The notes beneath the pieces were generated by a model, which was not told where the DNA came from, ran no database searches, and was given only the letters and a program-made list of their open reading frames with translations. From an uncultured Gammaproteobacteria bacterium (GTDB lineage Bacteria; Patescibacteriota; Microgenomatia; UBA10105; UBA927): 64,000 nucleotides of DNA. The translations under genes and the position numbers were made by a program. This document shows positions 22,638-31,440 of this stretch, in pieces; within the stretch, counting starts at the first letter, position 1, and each line of letters starts with the position of its first letter. The stretch covers positions 15,290 to 79,289 of the forward strand of contig CAZGOA010000005.1 of the NCBI GenBank assembly GCA_964527425.1, given 5' to 3'.

Positions 22638-23113
22638 TTGAGTTGCCTTAATAGATGATTCTTCCCATCTTTATTATTTTCTATTTCAGAAAATTCTATA
22701 CTGATAGGCTCAAAATTATTCTGCATTGATTCCCAGTAAGTGTCATTAAAAGTAAATACGTTTTGAGTCATAAATCGTTGTTTTCTTATACTATTGTCTG
22801 CTTTAACTAAGATAAATTCTGATTGAGGAAATATTTCTTTAAATACTATCCTATGTCGATCTTTTAAAAACGTTTGTGTTAATACAAGAAACTTATGTTT
22901 CTTACTTAACGTATTAAATACCTCTCTAATACGTTCCATAAATGCATCTCTCCAGACATCTGTAACTGGAAGGTTGTTCTGTAAAGCTTCTTTCATTTCT
23001 TCTGGCAAATATTGATCACCATCAATATACATATAACCATAAGCATCTTCTAGGATTCGTCCTGTAAACGATTTACCAGCACCAGGTAGTCCAAAAAGAA
23101 TTATGTGTTGCAT
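22607..23113 (-). CDS. P-loop carbohydrate kinase, gluconokinase (GntK/IdnK)-like
   Basis: 168 aa. Walker A GLPGAGKS followed by GDQYLPEEMKEALQNNLPVTDVWRDAF. This matches the GntK pattern GD.LHP..N..KM..G.PLTD.DR. Confidence 0.55.
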   Translation of the reverse strand: MQHIILFGLPGAGKSFTGRILEDAYGYMYIDGDQYLPEEMKEALQNNLPVTDVWRDAFMERIREVFNTLSKKHKFLVLTQTFLKDRHRIVFKEIFPQSEFILVKADNSIRKQRFMTQNVFTFNDTYWESMQNNFEPISIEFSEIENNKDGKNHLLRQLNQLLNKKSII

Positions 23114-23158
23114 ATAAAATGTAAGAATAGTAAGTTTATTTTGTAAACTCTACCACAT

Positions 23159-23731
23159 ATGAAAAAACAAGGATATCTGGAAGTCATAGCTGGACCAATG
23201 TATTCCGGGAAAACAGAACTTCTTATCGAAAGAGCAAAACGTTCAACATATGCTAATAAAAAAATTCAAGTTTTTAAACATGATATAGATTTACGCTATG
23301 GAAAAGAAGGAAAATTATACTCTCATGGTGGTGTAACCTATGCTGCAACTCTTGCTCATACAGCTGCAGAAATACAACAAAAACTTAGAAAATCAACTGA
23401 CTTTGTCGGTATTGATGAAGCACAGTGGTTTGGTGAAGAACTCATCCCAATTGTACTAGAAGCGGTAAACCAGGGGAAAAAAGTTATAGTATCAGGACTT
23501 GGACTTACTTATGATCGACAGCCATTTACCCCAATGCCTAATTTTATGGCTTTAGCTGATAAAGTAACAAAACTAACTGCAGTATGTATGAAATGTGGAG
23601 CGGAGGCTATGTTTCATAAAAGAATTAAAGGTGAATCTGCAATAGATCCCTTAACAAATGATCCTTCTTTCGTTACTACCCTTGATGAAAAAATATTTGA
23701 AGCTCGCTGTAGAACATGTTTTGATAAGTAA
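23159..23731 (+). CDS. tdk: Thymidine kinase
   Basis: 190 aa. P-loop GPMYSGKTE and a C-terminal zinc ribbon (CMKCG...CRTCF). Confidence 0.88.
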   Translation: MKKQGYLEVIAGPMYSGKTELLIERAKRSTYANKKIQVFKHDIDLRYGKEGKLYSHGGVTYAATLAHTAAEIQQKLRKSTDFVGIDEAQWFGEELIPIVLEAVNQGKKVIVSGLGLTYDRQPFTPMPNFMALADKVTKLTAVCMKCGAEAMFHKRIKGESAIDPLTNDPSFVTTLDEKIFEARCRTCFDK

Positions 23732-23783
23732 CTAATAATTAGAATTTAAAATAAACAGTTTCCTCTGATATAATAGTTGCCCG

Positions 23784-24569
23784 ATGAATAAATCGTTTGG
23801 CACCACGCTTGATATTAGTCAAGAAAAAAAAATACTTTTACATCAAATTGCCGTAAAAGAAAAAATACTGTTTCAATTATCAGTAAAAAAACAACAACTA
23901 ACAACTCAAGTAATACAATTTGAGAAAGTCTATGAAGAAAAAATTAAGACTCTCTACGATAAATTACATGAATTAGACAGAGTATTATTTAAATATAGAA
24001 ATATCAGTGAATACGTTGATGGATTCCTTTCATTTACCGAGGCAGAAAGTATTTTTGAAGAAACCATGAATGAGAAAAAAGCTAGAGAAGAAGAAAACGT
24101 AAAAAAAGAAAAAAAGAAATTACTAACAAAAGATCATACAGCTCATCTCTCAAACCAACAAAAAAAAGAATTAAAAAAACTCTATAGAGAATTAGCGAGA
24201 AAATTTCATCCAGACAAAACAGGTGGAAATGATCACATCATGATACTTATTAATGAAGCGTATCAAAAAGGGAATATAACTGCGTTAAAAAATTTAGAAT
24301 TAGAGCATAACATACAAGTAGAAAACAATACATTTAGTGGATTAACTCAAAAATTAGTTCGTTTAACACAACGTATAGAAAAAGTAACGTATGATATACA
24401 TACGATTAAGTCATCACATCTCTATAAATTACGAGTAAAATTATTAAAAACAAATAGTGCTACAAAAACCCTTGTGTTTGATGTACTTACAAAAAAACTT
24501 ACAAACGATGTGCGTCAAAAAGAACGAGAAGTTGAAGATTTTATTAAAAAATTTAAAGGCCACCAGTGA
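23784..24569 (+). CDS. J-domain-containing protein (DnaJ-like co-chaperone without zinc finger), coiled-coil rich
   Basis: 261 aa. HPD motif (KFHPDKTGGN) within a J-domain-like segment. Long Lys/Glu-rich coiled-coil regions. Confidence 0.55.
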   Translation: MNKSFGTTLDISQEKKILLHQIAVKEKILFQLSVKKQQLTTQVIQFEKVYEEKIKTLYDKLHELDRVLFKYRNISEYVDGFLSFTEAESIFEETMNEKKAREEENVKKEKKKLLTKDHTAHLSNQQKKELKKLYRELARKFHPDKTGGNDHIMILINEAYQKGNITALKNLELEHNIQVENNTFSGLTQKLVRLTQRIEKVTYDIHTIKSSHLYKLRVKLLKTNSATKTLVFDVLTKKLTNDVRQKEREVEDFIKKFKGHQ

Positions 24570-24631
24570 ACCGTAACTCACTGCTAATAATCATACATAT
24601 GCGTCTGCTAAGAACTGTAACTTATTTCGTA

Positions 24632-24877
24632 TCATTTATCCAAAACATTGTCTTCTTCTAACTCTTTTTGTATCTCTGTAAATTCATTTTGCAATTCGGT
24701 AAGCCTTTTTTTACTTTCTTTCATTAGAGATGTTGCAATTTTAATTTTTTCTAAACCTTTTTCAACATCTACCGTATCCTGATTATTAAACCACTCAGAT
24801 ATTTCTTTTAATTTATTTAAATTATCAGTAATGTTAACCTGATCACTCATGTATTTCTCCTCTCTTAATAGAATCAA
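24632..24877 (-). CDS. xseB: Exodeoxyribonuclease VII small subunit (true start probably the internal MSDQ at about 24850)
   Basis: MSDQVNITDNLNKLKEISEWFNNQDTVDVEKGLEKIKIATSLMKESKKRLTELQNEF matches the XseB family. It overlaps the xseA stop. Confidence 0.8.
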   Translation of the reverse strand: MILLREEKYMSDQVNITDNLNKLKEISEWFNNQDTVDVEKGLEKIKIATSLMKESKKRLTELQNEFTEIQKELEEDNVLDK

Positions 24878-26123
24878 TATGTGATACTAAACTTCCATCA
24901 TTCACAACGACATCAAGCTTCATATTAATAGTAAGTTGCTCCACAGATCGTACGATATTACCCTGATATTTCAGTATACTATACCCTTTTTTTAATAAAC
25001 GTAAAGGATGATGTAATAATAATGTCTGTTCAGTATGTTCAAGTTTTTGCAACTGTTCTTTTAAGCCACGACTGTATAAATTCAATAGCTGCTTATATGT
25101 TTCCTGAACATACCCAATTTGCTCATCAAGTGTATGGAGTAATGGAGTTATATAGTTAACTTTTATTGTTTCAGCAGACAATAAATAATCATATTCAATA
25201 AATAGATTACGATATCTCACAAGGATTGACTGAAATAATTGGTTAAGCTGTTCAATGGGCCTTAACGCATGTGTATGTAAGAGGTGAGCTGCAGCGGTAG
25301 GTGTAGAGACTTCAAAATCTGCAGCCATTGCCGTTAGTGTCTTGTCTTCATGATGTCCAATTGCAGCGATAACAGGAACTGGAAATTGCGCTATAGCTCT
25401 CACAATTACCTCATTATCAAATGGTGACAATGATTGTAATGACCCCCCTCCTCGCATTATGACTAATACTTCTACATCTTTTTTCTTTAAGGTGTTAATT
25501 GAGGATAATAAGTCATATACTGCTTCCTGTCCTTCAACTCGAGAATCTATAAATTTGATATCAAACCCATGCACACCAACGTTATTCATAAAATCATGAA
25601 TAACTGCTCCCTGTTTAGATGTGATAACACCAATTTTATGTACTATTGGTGGCAATGGTCGCTTTCGTTTCTCCATAAACAATCCTTCTTGCTCTAGGTT
25701 CCGCTTTAAGGCTAAGTACGCTTGTTTTAAAGCACCCTCACCTACTCTCTCAATCGTTTTAACAATGTAACTGAATCTACCTGAATAAGAGTATATAGTA
25801 GGAGTACCACTTACAATAATTTCCATACCACTCTCAAGATTCACACTATTTATGAGATAATTTCCCTTCCATACAATACAATCCAATACAACGTCTTCTT
25901 TCTTATCTTTCAAGGTAAAATATACATGGCCCGAAGAAGCTTGAGATACCTTGGTAACTTCTCCAATAATCTTAAATTCTATTGGTTTAAGTACCTGATT
26001 TATGAATGAAATATACTCAGCTATAGAAAAAATATGATGTTGTAATTCATTATTCATGTAAAAATCTCTCCAAATTTTATTGTGAGAATTAAGTGCCTGT
26101 GTAAACAATAGCCGTAAACTCAT
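24843..26123 (-). CDS. xseA: Exodeoxyribonuclease VII large subunit
   Basis: 426 aa. N-terminal OB fold followed by the catalytic domain (GVITSKQGAVIHDF...VIMRGGGS). Confidence 0.85.
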   Translation of the reverse strand: MSLRLLFTQALNSHNKIWRDFYMNNELQHHIFSIAEYISFINQVLKPIEFKIIGEVTKVSQASSGHVYFTLKDKKEDVVLDCIVWKGNYLINSVNLESGMEIIVSGTPTIYSYSGRFSYIVKTIERVGEGALKQAYLALKRNLEQEGLFMEKRKRPLPPIVHKIGVITSKQGAVIHDFMNNVGVHGFDIKFIDSRVEGQEAVYDLLSSINTLKKKDVEVLVIMRGGGSLQSLSPFDNEVIVRAIAQFPVPVIAAIGHHEDKTLTAMAADFEVSTPTAAAHLLHTHALRPIEQLNQLFQSILVRYRNLFIEYDYLLSAETIKVNYITPLLHTLDEQIGYVQETYKQLLNLYSRGLKEQLQKLEHTEQTLLLHHPLRLLKKGYSILKYQGNIVRSVEQLTINMKLDVVVNDGSLVSHIDSIKRGEIHE

Positions 26124-26243
26124 TATTCATGGATAAGTCAGTAAAAGCAATAATATTTGATCTCCCCAATTTACCCGCTAGCAAACCACCGATCTTAAGA
26201 TATTTTTAAGGATTGAAGAATACAGTATTGAATAAGAAAGGAG

Positions 26244-26783
26244 GTGACACAAATGAAAACACTATTGATAACCGCATTATCTGTAGGTGTGATTGGAACA
26301 GGGTTACTATCTACAAATAAAATATTTGCCCAAAATTCATCTACAACAGGTCCAATGTCCTTTCTAGTAGACAAAATAGCGAGCAAATTCGGCTTAGATA
26401 CATCAGATGTACAAGCTGTCTTTGATCAAGAAAGAGTAGAGAGACAAGCAGAAATGGAAAAGAAATATGAAGAACAGTTAACCCAGTATGTATCTGAAGG
26501 CAAGATAACCGAACAGCAAAAACAATTAATTCTTGAAAAGCATAAAGAAATGCAAGCTCAACATCAAGAAGAAAGAGAAAAAATGCAGCAAATGACGGTA
26601 GAAGAACGAAAAACTGCAAGAGAAGCCAACAGAACAAACATGGAAGAACATAAAGCACTACTCGAAAACTGGGCAACTCAACATGGTATAGATATGCAAT
26701 ATATTATTGGTTTTGCAAAACGAGGAGGTAAAGAGCCTGGTCGAGATTTCCATGTAAAAACAGCACCGACTGTTACTGAATAA
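26244..26783 (+). CDS. Secreted LTXXQ-motif (Spy/CpxP-like) periplasmic protein
   Basis: 179 aa. Signal peptide (MKTLLITALSVGVIGTGLLS), a helical Gln/Glu-rich body and an ITEQQKQ motif. Confidence 0.45.
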   Translation: MTQMKTLLITALSVGVIGTGLLSTNKIFAQNSSTTGPMSFLVDKIASKFGLDTSDVQAVFDQERVERQAEMEKKYEEQLTQYVSEGKITEQQKQLILEKHKEMQAQHQEEREKMQQMTVEERKTAREANRTNMEEHKALLENWATQHGIDMQYIIGFAKRGGKEPGRDFHVKTAPTVTE

Positions 26784-26804
26784 TCAGAGATAGTAACTAC
26801 TAGG

Positions 26805-26835
26805 ATCACTTCTGTGCACGGAAGTGATTCTTAGT
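26805..26835 (+). terminator. Weak hairpin terminator candidate after the LTXXQ gene
   Basis: ATCACTTC-tgtgcacg-GAAGTGAT stem-loop followed by TCTTAGTG. The T-run is weak. Confidence 0.3.
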
Positions 26836-26880
26836 GCATTTATCCATGCATATCAGTTGAATTATATCCAGACACACTAC

Positions 26881-26908
26881 TTGTTAAAAATTTTTTATAG
26901 GATATAAT
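26881..26908 (+). promoter_or_regulatory. Candidate sigma-70 promoter of rpoD, predicting a leaderless or very short-leader mRNA
   Basis: TTGTTA (26881-26886), a 16-nt spacer, then TATAAT (26903-26908). The first ATG of rpoD is at 26917. No Shine-Dalgarno sequence lies between them. Confidence 0.5.
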
Positions 26909-26916
26909 TGCGTAAC

Positions 26917-28002
26917 ATGTCCGAAAGAAATGATAGATCAAACCTCCTTTTAACACATGTGGCAGTAGACAGTCTAAATGCACCCCCTAATATTGAACCT
27001 TCAGACGAAGAACTATCAAAAATTGAAGAAGAATACCCCAATAATGCTGATTACAACCCAGATTATACTGACTTGTTTGGTATATATATACATGAAATTT
27101 CACAAATCCCATTGCTAACTAAAGAAGAAGAATTAAAATTGGCTAAAATGATACAGGAAGGAAAACAAGCTCTTGAGAAAGGTCTCTATGAAAATAGCCA
27201 AGAAGAACAGAAAAGACAAGCATTTATTAGTGAGGCTAAAAGAGCACGAGAACAGTTGGCAGAAGCAAATACCAGACTTGTTATTTCGGTAGCTAAAAAG
27301 TATTTCGGCCGAAATTTAGAATTCTCTGATTTAGTACAAGAAGGAAACATTGGTCTACTACGTGCAGTCGATAAATTCGATTATACAAGAAATTACAGAT
27401 TCTCTACCTATGCTATATGGTGGATACGTCAGTCTATATTAAGAGCATTACACCAAAAAGACAGGTCAATTCGTATACCGCATAATATACGCGATAAACT
27501 TGTTAAACTAAGAAAAACTATTGTCAGTTTAGAACAAACATACGGACGATCACCCACAGATGAAGAACTAGCAACAGCATGTAACACCGATCTGATAGAG
27601 CTTAAAAATTTACTGTCTTACATGCAAAGTATTATTAGTTTAGATGCACCCATTCATAAAGATGACTCTAATAATTCAATCTTAGGAGAATTGATTACAG
27701 CTAAGAATACTAATCCAGAAAAGATAACCGGTCATTCTATGTTAATAGAAGAATTGAATTCTGCCCTAAGCATTCTTTCAGAAAGACAAAGAGAAATATT
27801 ACTTCTCAGATTTGGAATACAAACAAAAGATACATATGAACCATCAATTGTTAAACCAAAAACATTTAAAGAAATAGGAGAGGTACTTAACTTAAGCGGA
27901 GAACGTATTAGACAATTATATGAATTCGCTTTATGTAAATTAAGAAAATCACCACAAACAAACAAAGAGTTAGTTTATTATTTAAATGCTGATGAAGATT
28001 AA
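26917..28002 (+). CDS. rpoD: RNA polymerase primary sigma factor (sigma-70/RpoD family)
   Basis: Region 1.2/2 motifs IHEISQIPLLTKEEE and LVISVAKKYFGRNLEFSDLVQEGNIGLLRAVDKFDYTRNYRFSTYAIWWIRQSI. Regions 3 and 4 are present. The ORF track starts at a TTG (26908); the ATG at 26917 is preferred. Confidence 0.88.
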   Translation: MSERNDRSNLLLTHVAVDSLNAPPNIEPSDEELSKIEEEYPNNADYNPDYTDLFGIYIHEISQIPLLTKEEELKLAKMIQEGKQALEKGLYENSQEEQKRQAFISEAKRAREQLAEANTRLVISVAKKYFGRNLEFSDLVQEGNIGLLRAVDKFDYTRNYRFSTYAIWWIRQSILRALHQKDRSIRIPHNIRDKLVKLRKTIVSLEQTYGRSPTDEELATACNTDLIELKNLLSYMQSIISLDAPIHKDDSNNSILGELITAKNTNPEKITGHSMLIEELNSALSILSERQREILLLRFGIQTKDTYEPSIVKPKTFKEIGEVLNLSGERIRQLYEFALCKLRKSPQTNKELVYYLNADED

Positions 28003-28163
28003 TAAATATTACTTTAATATTATTATTTCTATTGGTTGACAGAAAAATACTTGTCTTCCTAACTTTTTTTTAAAATTGTCAATCATGATACTTGCGGCCG
28101 TTGAGATTTGGGCTGTATTACAATTTTTATTTTGATGCGATATGATTCAATTACATTTTTGTC

Positions 28164-29102
28164 ATGACTAAAGGTATTCATCACATTACGGCTATTGCAT
28201 CTGACACTAGAGAAACTCTGAAGTTTTATACACAGATTCTTGGACTTCGATTAGTAAAGAAAACTGTTAATCAGGATGATGTGGCAACCTATCATTTATT
28301 TTTTGGCGATAATGAAGGGCATCCTGGCATGGATTTAACCTTCTTTATTTTTCTTCCTTCATTTAGAGGACGTCGTGGTAATGGTTTGGTCACTATTATT
28401 TCTCTCGCTGTTCCGGAATCTTCATTAGATTTTTGGCAAGAAAGACTTTCTAACCATAATGTTAAGCATGAAAAAGTAGTAAAACGATTTAACAAAAAAG
28501 AAATACTATTCTACGACAGTGACGATCAAAGATTAGCGCTTGTAGGAATACCAGAACATGAATTGGACAAAGAAAACACAAGTTGGTCAACATCGGATAT
28601 ATCAAAAGATCAGGCAATTCGTTCATTTTACGCTGCCACATTGTCTATTGAAAGTTTAGGATTAATTGAGCCAATACTTACTCATGTGTTTGAATACAAG
28701 AAAATTGCTCAAGAAGGACAGACATCTTTGTATTCTGTTTCTCATTCCAATCGTGCTAACTTTTTAGAAGTAACAGAATCCCCTTCGTTAGAAGAAGGAT
28801 TAAATACAGCTGGAACTGTCCATCATATAGCCTTTCGGGCAAAAGATGAAGCTGAACAATTAACAATGCGTAGAAAAGTTCTTGAATTAGGACTCTATCC
28901 AACTGAAGTTATTAATCGCTTTTATTTTAAATCAGTCTATTTTAGAACACCTGCTGGAATACTTTTCGAGATTGCTACTGATGGTCCTGGCTTTACCGCA
29001 GATGAACCACTTGAAGAGTTGGGGCAAAAACTAGCTCTTCCTCCGTTTTTAGAACCAAAGCGAAAAGAAATTGAATCACAATTAATCCCGCTTGAATCCT
29101 AA
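28164..29102 (+). CDS. VOC-superfamily ring-cleaving (extradiol) dioxygenase, MhqO/MhqE-like
   Basis: 312 aa with two glyoxalase/VOC modules (GIHHITAIASD...; GTVHHIAFRAKDE...), as in Bacillus hydroquinone dioxygenases. Confidence 0.65.
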   Translation: MTKGIHHITAIASDTRETLKFYTQILGLRLVKKTVNQDDVATYHLFFGDNEGHPGMDLTFFIFLPSFRGRRGNGLVTIISLAVPESSLDFWQERLSNHNVKHEKVVKRFNKKEILFYDSDDQRLALVGIPEHELDKENTSWSTSDISKDQAIRSFYAATLSIESLGLIEPILTHVFEYKKIAQEGQTSLYSVSHSNRANFLEVTESPSLEEGLNTAGTVHHIAFRAKDEAEQLTMRRKVLELGLYPTEVINRFYFKSVYFRTPAGILFEIATDGPGFTADEPLEELGQKLALPPFLEPKRKEIESQLIPLES

Positions 29103-29707
29103 TGCAAACTACTTTATTTGACTACAGTGTTATCGATAACCATGTTCCCAAGACGGTATTTTTATTGCACGGAACAGGTGGAACAAAAAATGATTTCATG
29201 TTTTTTGATGAGTTGTTGAACCATCAATACAACCTCATAGGTTTACAGGGGAATATTCATGAACAAGGAATGTCTCGTTTTTTTAAAAGAATTGCGGAGG
29301 GTGTTTTCGATCAAGAGAGTATACGAGAAGAATCACAAAAGTTGTATCGCTTTATTGAAGATTGGAAACAAAAAAATGGTGAGGATCATTCCTATTATTA
29401 TGTAGGGTATTCAAATGGAGCGAATATCCTGTTAGCTGCACTGTTTTATTATCCCACTGTGCTGAATAATCTCATTCTCCTTCATCCTATGCTTCCCTTT
29501 GTTCCAACTACCATAGATTTATCAAATCACACTGTTTTCATAACCCAAGGACTCAATGATCCTCTTATTTCTCCTGCACAACAGGAAAACTTAACAAACC
29601 TCCTTGAATCCTTTCACTGCAAACCTATCACAAAAACATACAATGATAGTCATCACATAACGTCTGAAGAAATACATGATGTAACACAATTTCTACTAAA
29701 AAAATAA
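29102..29707 (+). CDS. Alpha/beta-hydrolase carboxylesterase/phospholipase, MhqD-like
   Basis: 201 aa. LLHGTGG oxyanion region, GYSNGAN nucleophile elbow and C-terminal Asp/His residues. The start codon overlaps the dioxygenase stop (ATGA). Confidence 0.65.
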   Translation: MQTTLFDYSVIDNHVPKTVFLLHGTGGTKNDFMFFDELLNHQYNLIGLQGNIHEQGMSRFFKRIAEGVFDQESIREESQKLYRFIEDWKQKNGEDHSYYYVGYSNGANILLAALFYYPTVLNNLILLHPMLPFVPTTIDLSNHTVFITQGLNDPLISPAQQENLTNLLESFHCKPITKTYNDSHHITSEEIHDVTQFLLKK

Positions 29708-29774
29708 AAAAGTCCCAACCTCGGGTCTTGGTGGGATTGTTCTAACAGCATTTTAAGATAACTTTTCCAATTTT

Positions 29775-29818
29775 AGAAAAAAATAAAAAACGCCCGGAGT
29801 TACCGAGCGATATTTTTT
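29775..29818. terminator. Bidirectional intrinsic terminator (A-run, CGCCCGG/CCGAGCG hairpin, T-run) shared by the esterase gene (+) and tRNA-Glu (-)
   Basis: AAAAAACGCCCGGAGTTACCGAGCGATATTTTTTC. It lies immediately 3' of tRNA-Glu on the minus strand. Confidence 0.55.
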
Positions 29819-29823
29819 CTTTG

Positions 29824-29897
29824 TACCCCGTATCGGATTCGAACCGATGATTGCTGCGCTGAAAACGCAGAGTCCTAGGCCGCTAGACGAACGGGGC
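29824..29897 (-). tRNA. tRNA-Glu (anticodon UUC)
   Basis: The minus-strand sequence GCCCCGTTCGTCTAGCGGCCTAGGACTCTGCGTTTTCAGCGCAGCAATCATCGGTTCGAATCCGATACGGGGTA closely resembles bacterial tRNA-Glu. Anticodon loop TTTTCAG. Confidence 0.85.
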
Positions 29898-30000
29898 AAA
29901 AGGTAAACAATATTATATCAAATTGTTGTAGATATGCCTATCGGAATTTACCACCTCAGTACTATCTTGAGTACTTCATCATACTACACCGAACCTATCT

Positions 30001-30339
30001 CTAAATGGTATTCTTTCTCGCTTTATGAATGGTATCAAGAAGCATACGTTTTACGGATTCTGATTTTCTAATAATCCGCATCTCAATATCACCTTTTGCG
30101 TGTTTCTTTAGAAATATCATCAAATCATGATCATGCGGAGCTTTTGTGAAATGAGTTAAAAATTCTTTATGATGTTTTTTGGGTAATAAGATTAGTATTT
30201 CGTTGAGAATATGATGGTTTACTGTTTCATCAATTAACTGTATGAATTCGCTTTTCTCCTGAGGTGATAGATCATAACTATCTAAAACGAATACTATTTC
30301 TTCAATAACAAGTAAGTGATCATAAAATAGTTTTGTCAT
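30001..30339 (-). CDS. Hypothetical protein
   Basis: 112 aa. 4-nt gap to the upstream DPBB gene. No recognisable motif. Confidence 0.45.
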   Translation of the reverse strand: MTKLFYDHLLVIEEIVFVLDSYDLSPQEKSEFIQLIDETVNHHILNEILILLPKKHHKEFLTHFTKAPHDHDLMIFLKKHAKGDIEMRIIRKSESVKRMLLDTIHKARKNTI

Positions 30340-30343
30340 AATA

Positions 30344-31261
30344 TTAGCTCACTTTTTCAGGCTTTCCTGTTAACACATTGTATTCAACTGGGCCTAAGGG
30401 AATTTCAGTCTTTGAATCATCTATGAACAATAATACTACTTCACCTTTTTTCATTCCTTTATTCAAATCTAAATAGCCCATTACCTCTGGTGACCCTCCA
30501 AACTGCTTACCTGTAAATTTTGCAGGCCCTGCATCTGCAATAGTGCAAACAATTGTACGTCCATTTTTGGGATTAATAACCAACACTTTTCTGTATTTAT
30601 ACCAGTTCTTTAAATAAACAGTATTCGTATTCCATTCAGGTAAATATAATGTCTGAACTGCAACATAATATTTTTCCCTTTCGATATCTTCACTCGTTAA
30701 ATCATTTCTAGAATGAGCAAAGTAACTCCATGCGCCTGTAGCAGGTGTTATTCCAGATTCAGGATATTGATCTTCATTAGTTAACACATCCCCGGGATAT
30801 CGAGGTAAATGTTGCTCTGCACCAATGAAACCATAACTATGATTGAGTTGTTGACCTTCATATCTAGCAGTAGCATGAATTCCCCAATATTCATTAATTA
30901 ACGCTACAATTTTTTCTTCCTTATCACCGAGCTGACTTGGAGATTTTGGAAGTAACGGAAGTAATTCTTTAGAAAATTGTTCCTCCCTGGCGTTTTTAGT
31001 TAACGTTGCCAACTGATGTGTAATTTTTGGTGTACCGTGATGGATAAATGGACTAGTGAGAAATAAAGACGTTGCAATAGTACTCGATGCAACAAAAGCT
31101 GCTGCTTTTTGGCGTAATCCAGAAAGAGTTCCCCCAATTTCTAATAGAAGTTTTTCAATATGAGGATGTCGAGAATGTAGTTGAGCTTTAGCAGAATCTG
31201 CATGTTCTTGTAATGAATGATATAGATTATCTCTATCAATCGGTGTTAACGTATGTGACAT
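30344..31261 (-). CDS. Membrane-anchored/secreted protein with a C-terminal double-psi beta-barrel (RlpA/3D-like) domain, putative peptidoglycan-binding or lytic protein
   Basis: 305 aa. TM/signal segment AAAFVASSTIATSLFLTSPFI. C-terminal VLVINPKNGRTIVCTIADAGP...GYLDL matches the RlpA DPBB pattern V.VtN..NG.sv.vrInDRGP...IDLS. Confidence 0.5.
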   Translation of the reverse strand: MSHTLTPIDRDNLYHSLQEHADSAKAQLHSRHPHIEKLLLEIGGTLSGLRQKAAAFVASSTIATSLFLTSPFIHHGTPKITHQLATLTKNAREEQFSKELLPLLPKSPSQLGDKEEKIVALINEYWGIHATARYEGQQLNHSYGFIGAEQHLPRYPGDVLTNEDQYPESGITPATGAWSYFAHSRNDLTSEDIEREKYYVAVQTLYLPEWNTNTVYLKNWYKYRKVLVINPKNGRTIVCTIADAGPAKFTGKQFGGSPEVMGYLDLNKGMKKGEVVLLFIDDSKTEIPLGPVEYNVLTGKPEKVS

Positions 31262-31440
31262 GAATTAGTACCTTTCAAACTGAATAGCATTACAAATCAA
31301 ACAATCAATAACTACTATCGAAATATAATAGTGCAAGCATTTCAACACTTCACTCTATTCATTATAAATGATTACAAATCTTTCTATAATGGACATCAAA
31401 AGATTTTTCTCACGTATACTATAAGAATGGCGGAAAAGTA

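Noticed and set aside
24632-24877. Long form of xseB starting at MILLREEKY
   Set aside because: The XseB homology begins at the internal MSDQ (about 24850). The upstream extension overlaps xseA by 35 nt and is probably not translated.
29708-29760. First hairpin after the esterase gene (TCCCAACCTCGGGTCTTGGTGGGA)
   Set aside because: The stem is imperfect and there is no following T-run. The stronger bidirectional terminator at 29775-29818 explains termination.
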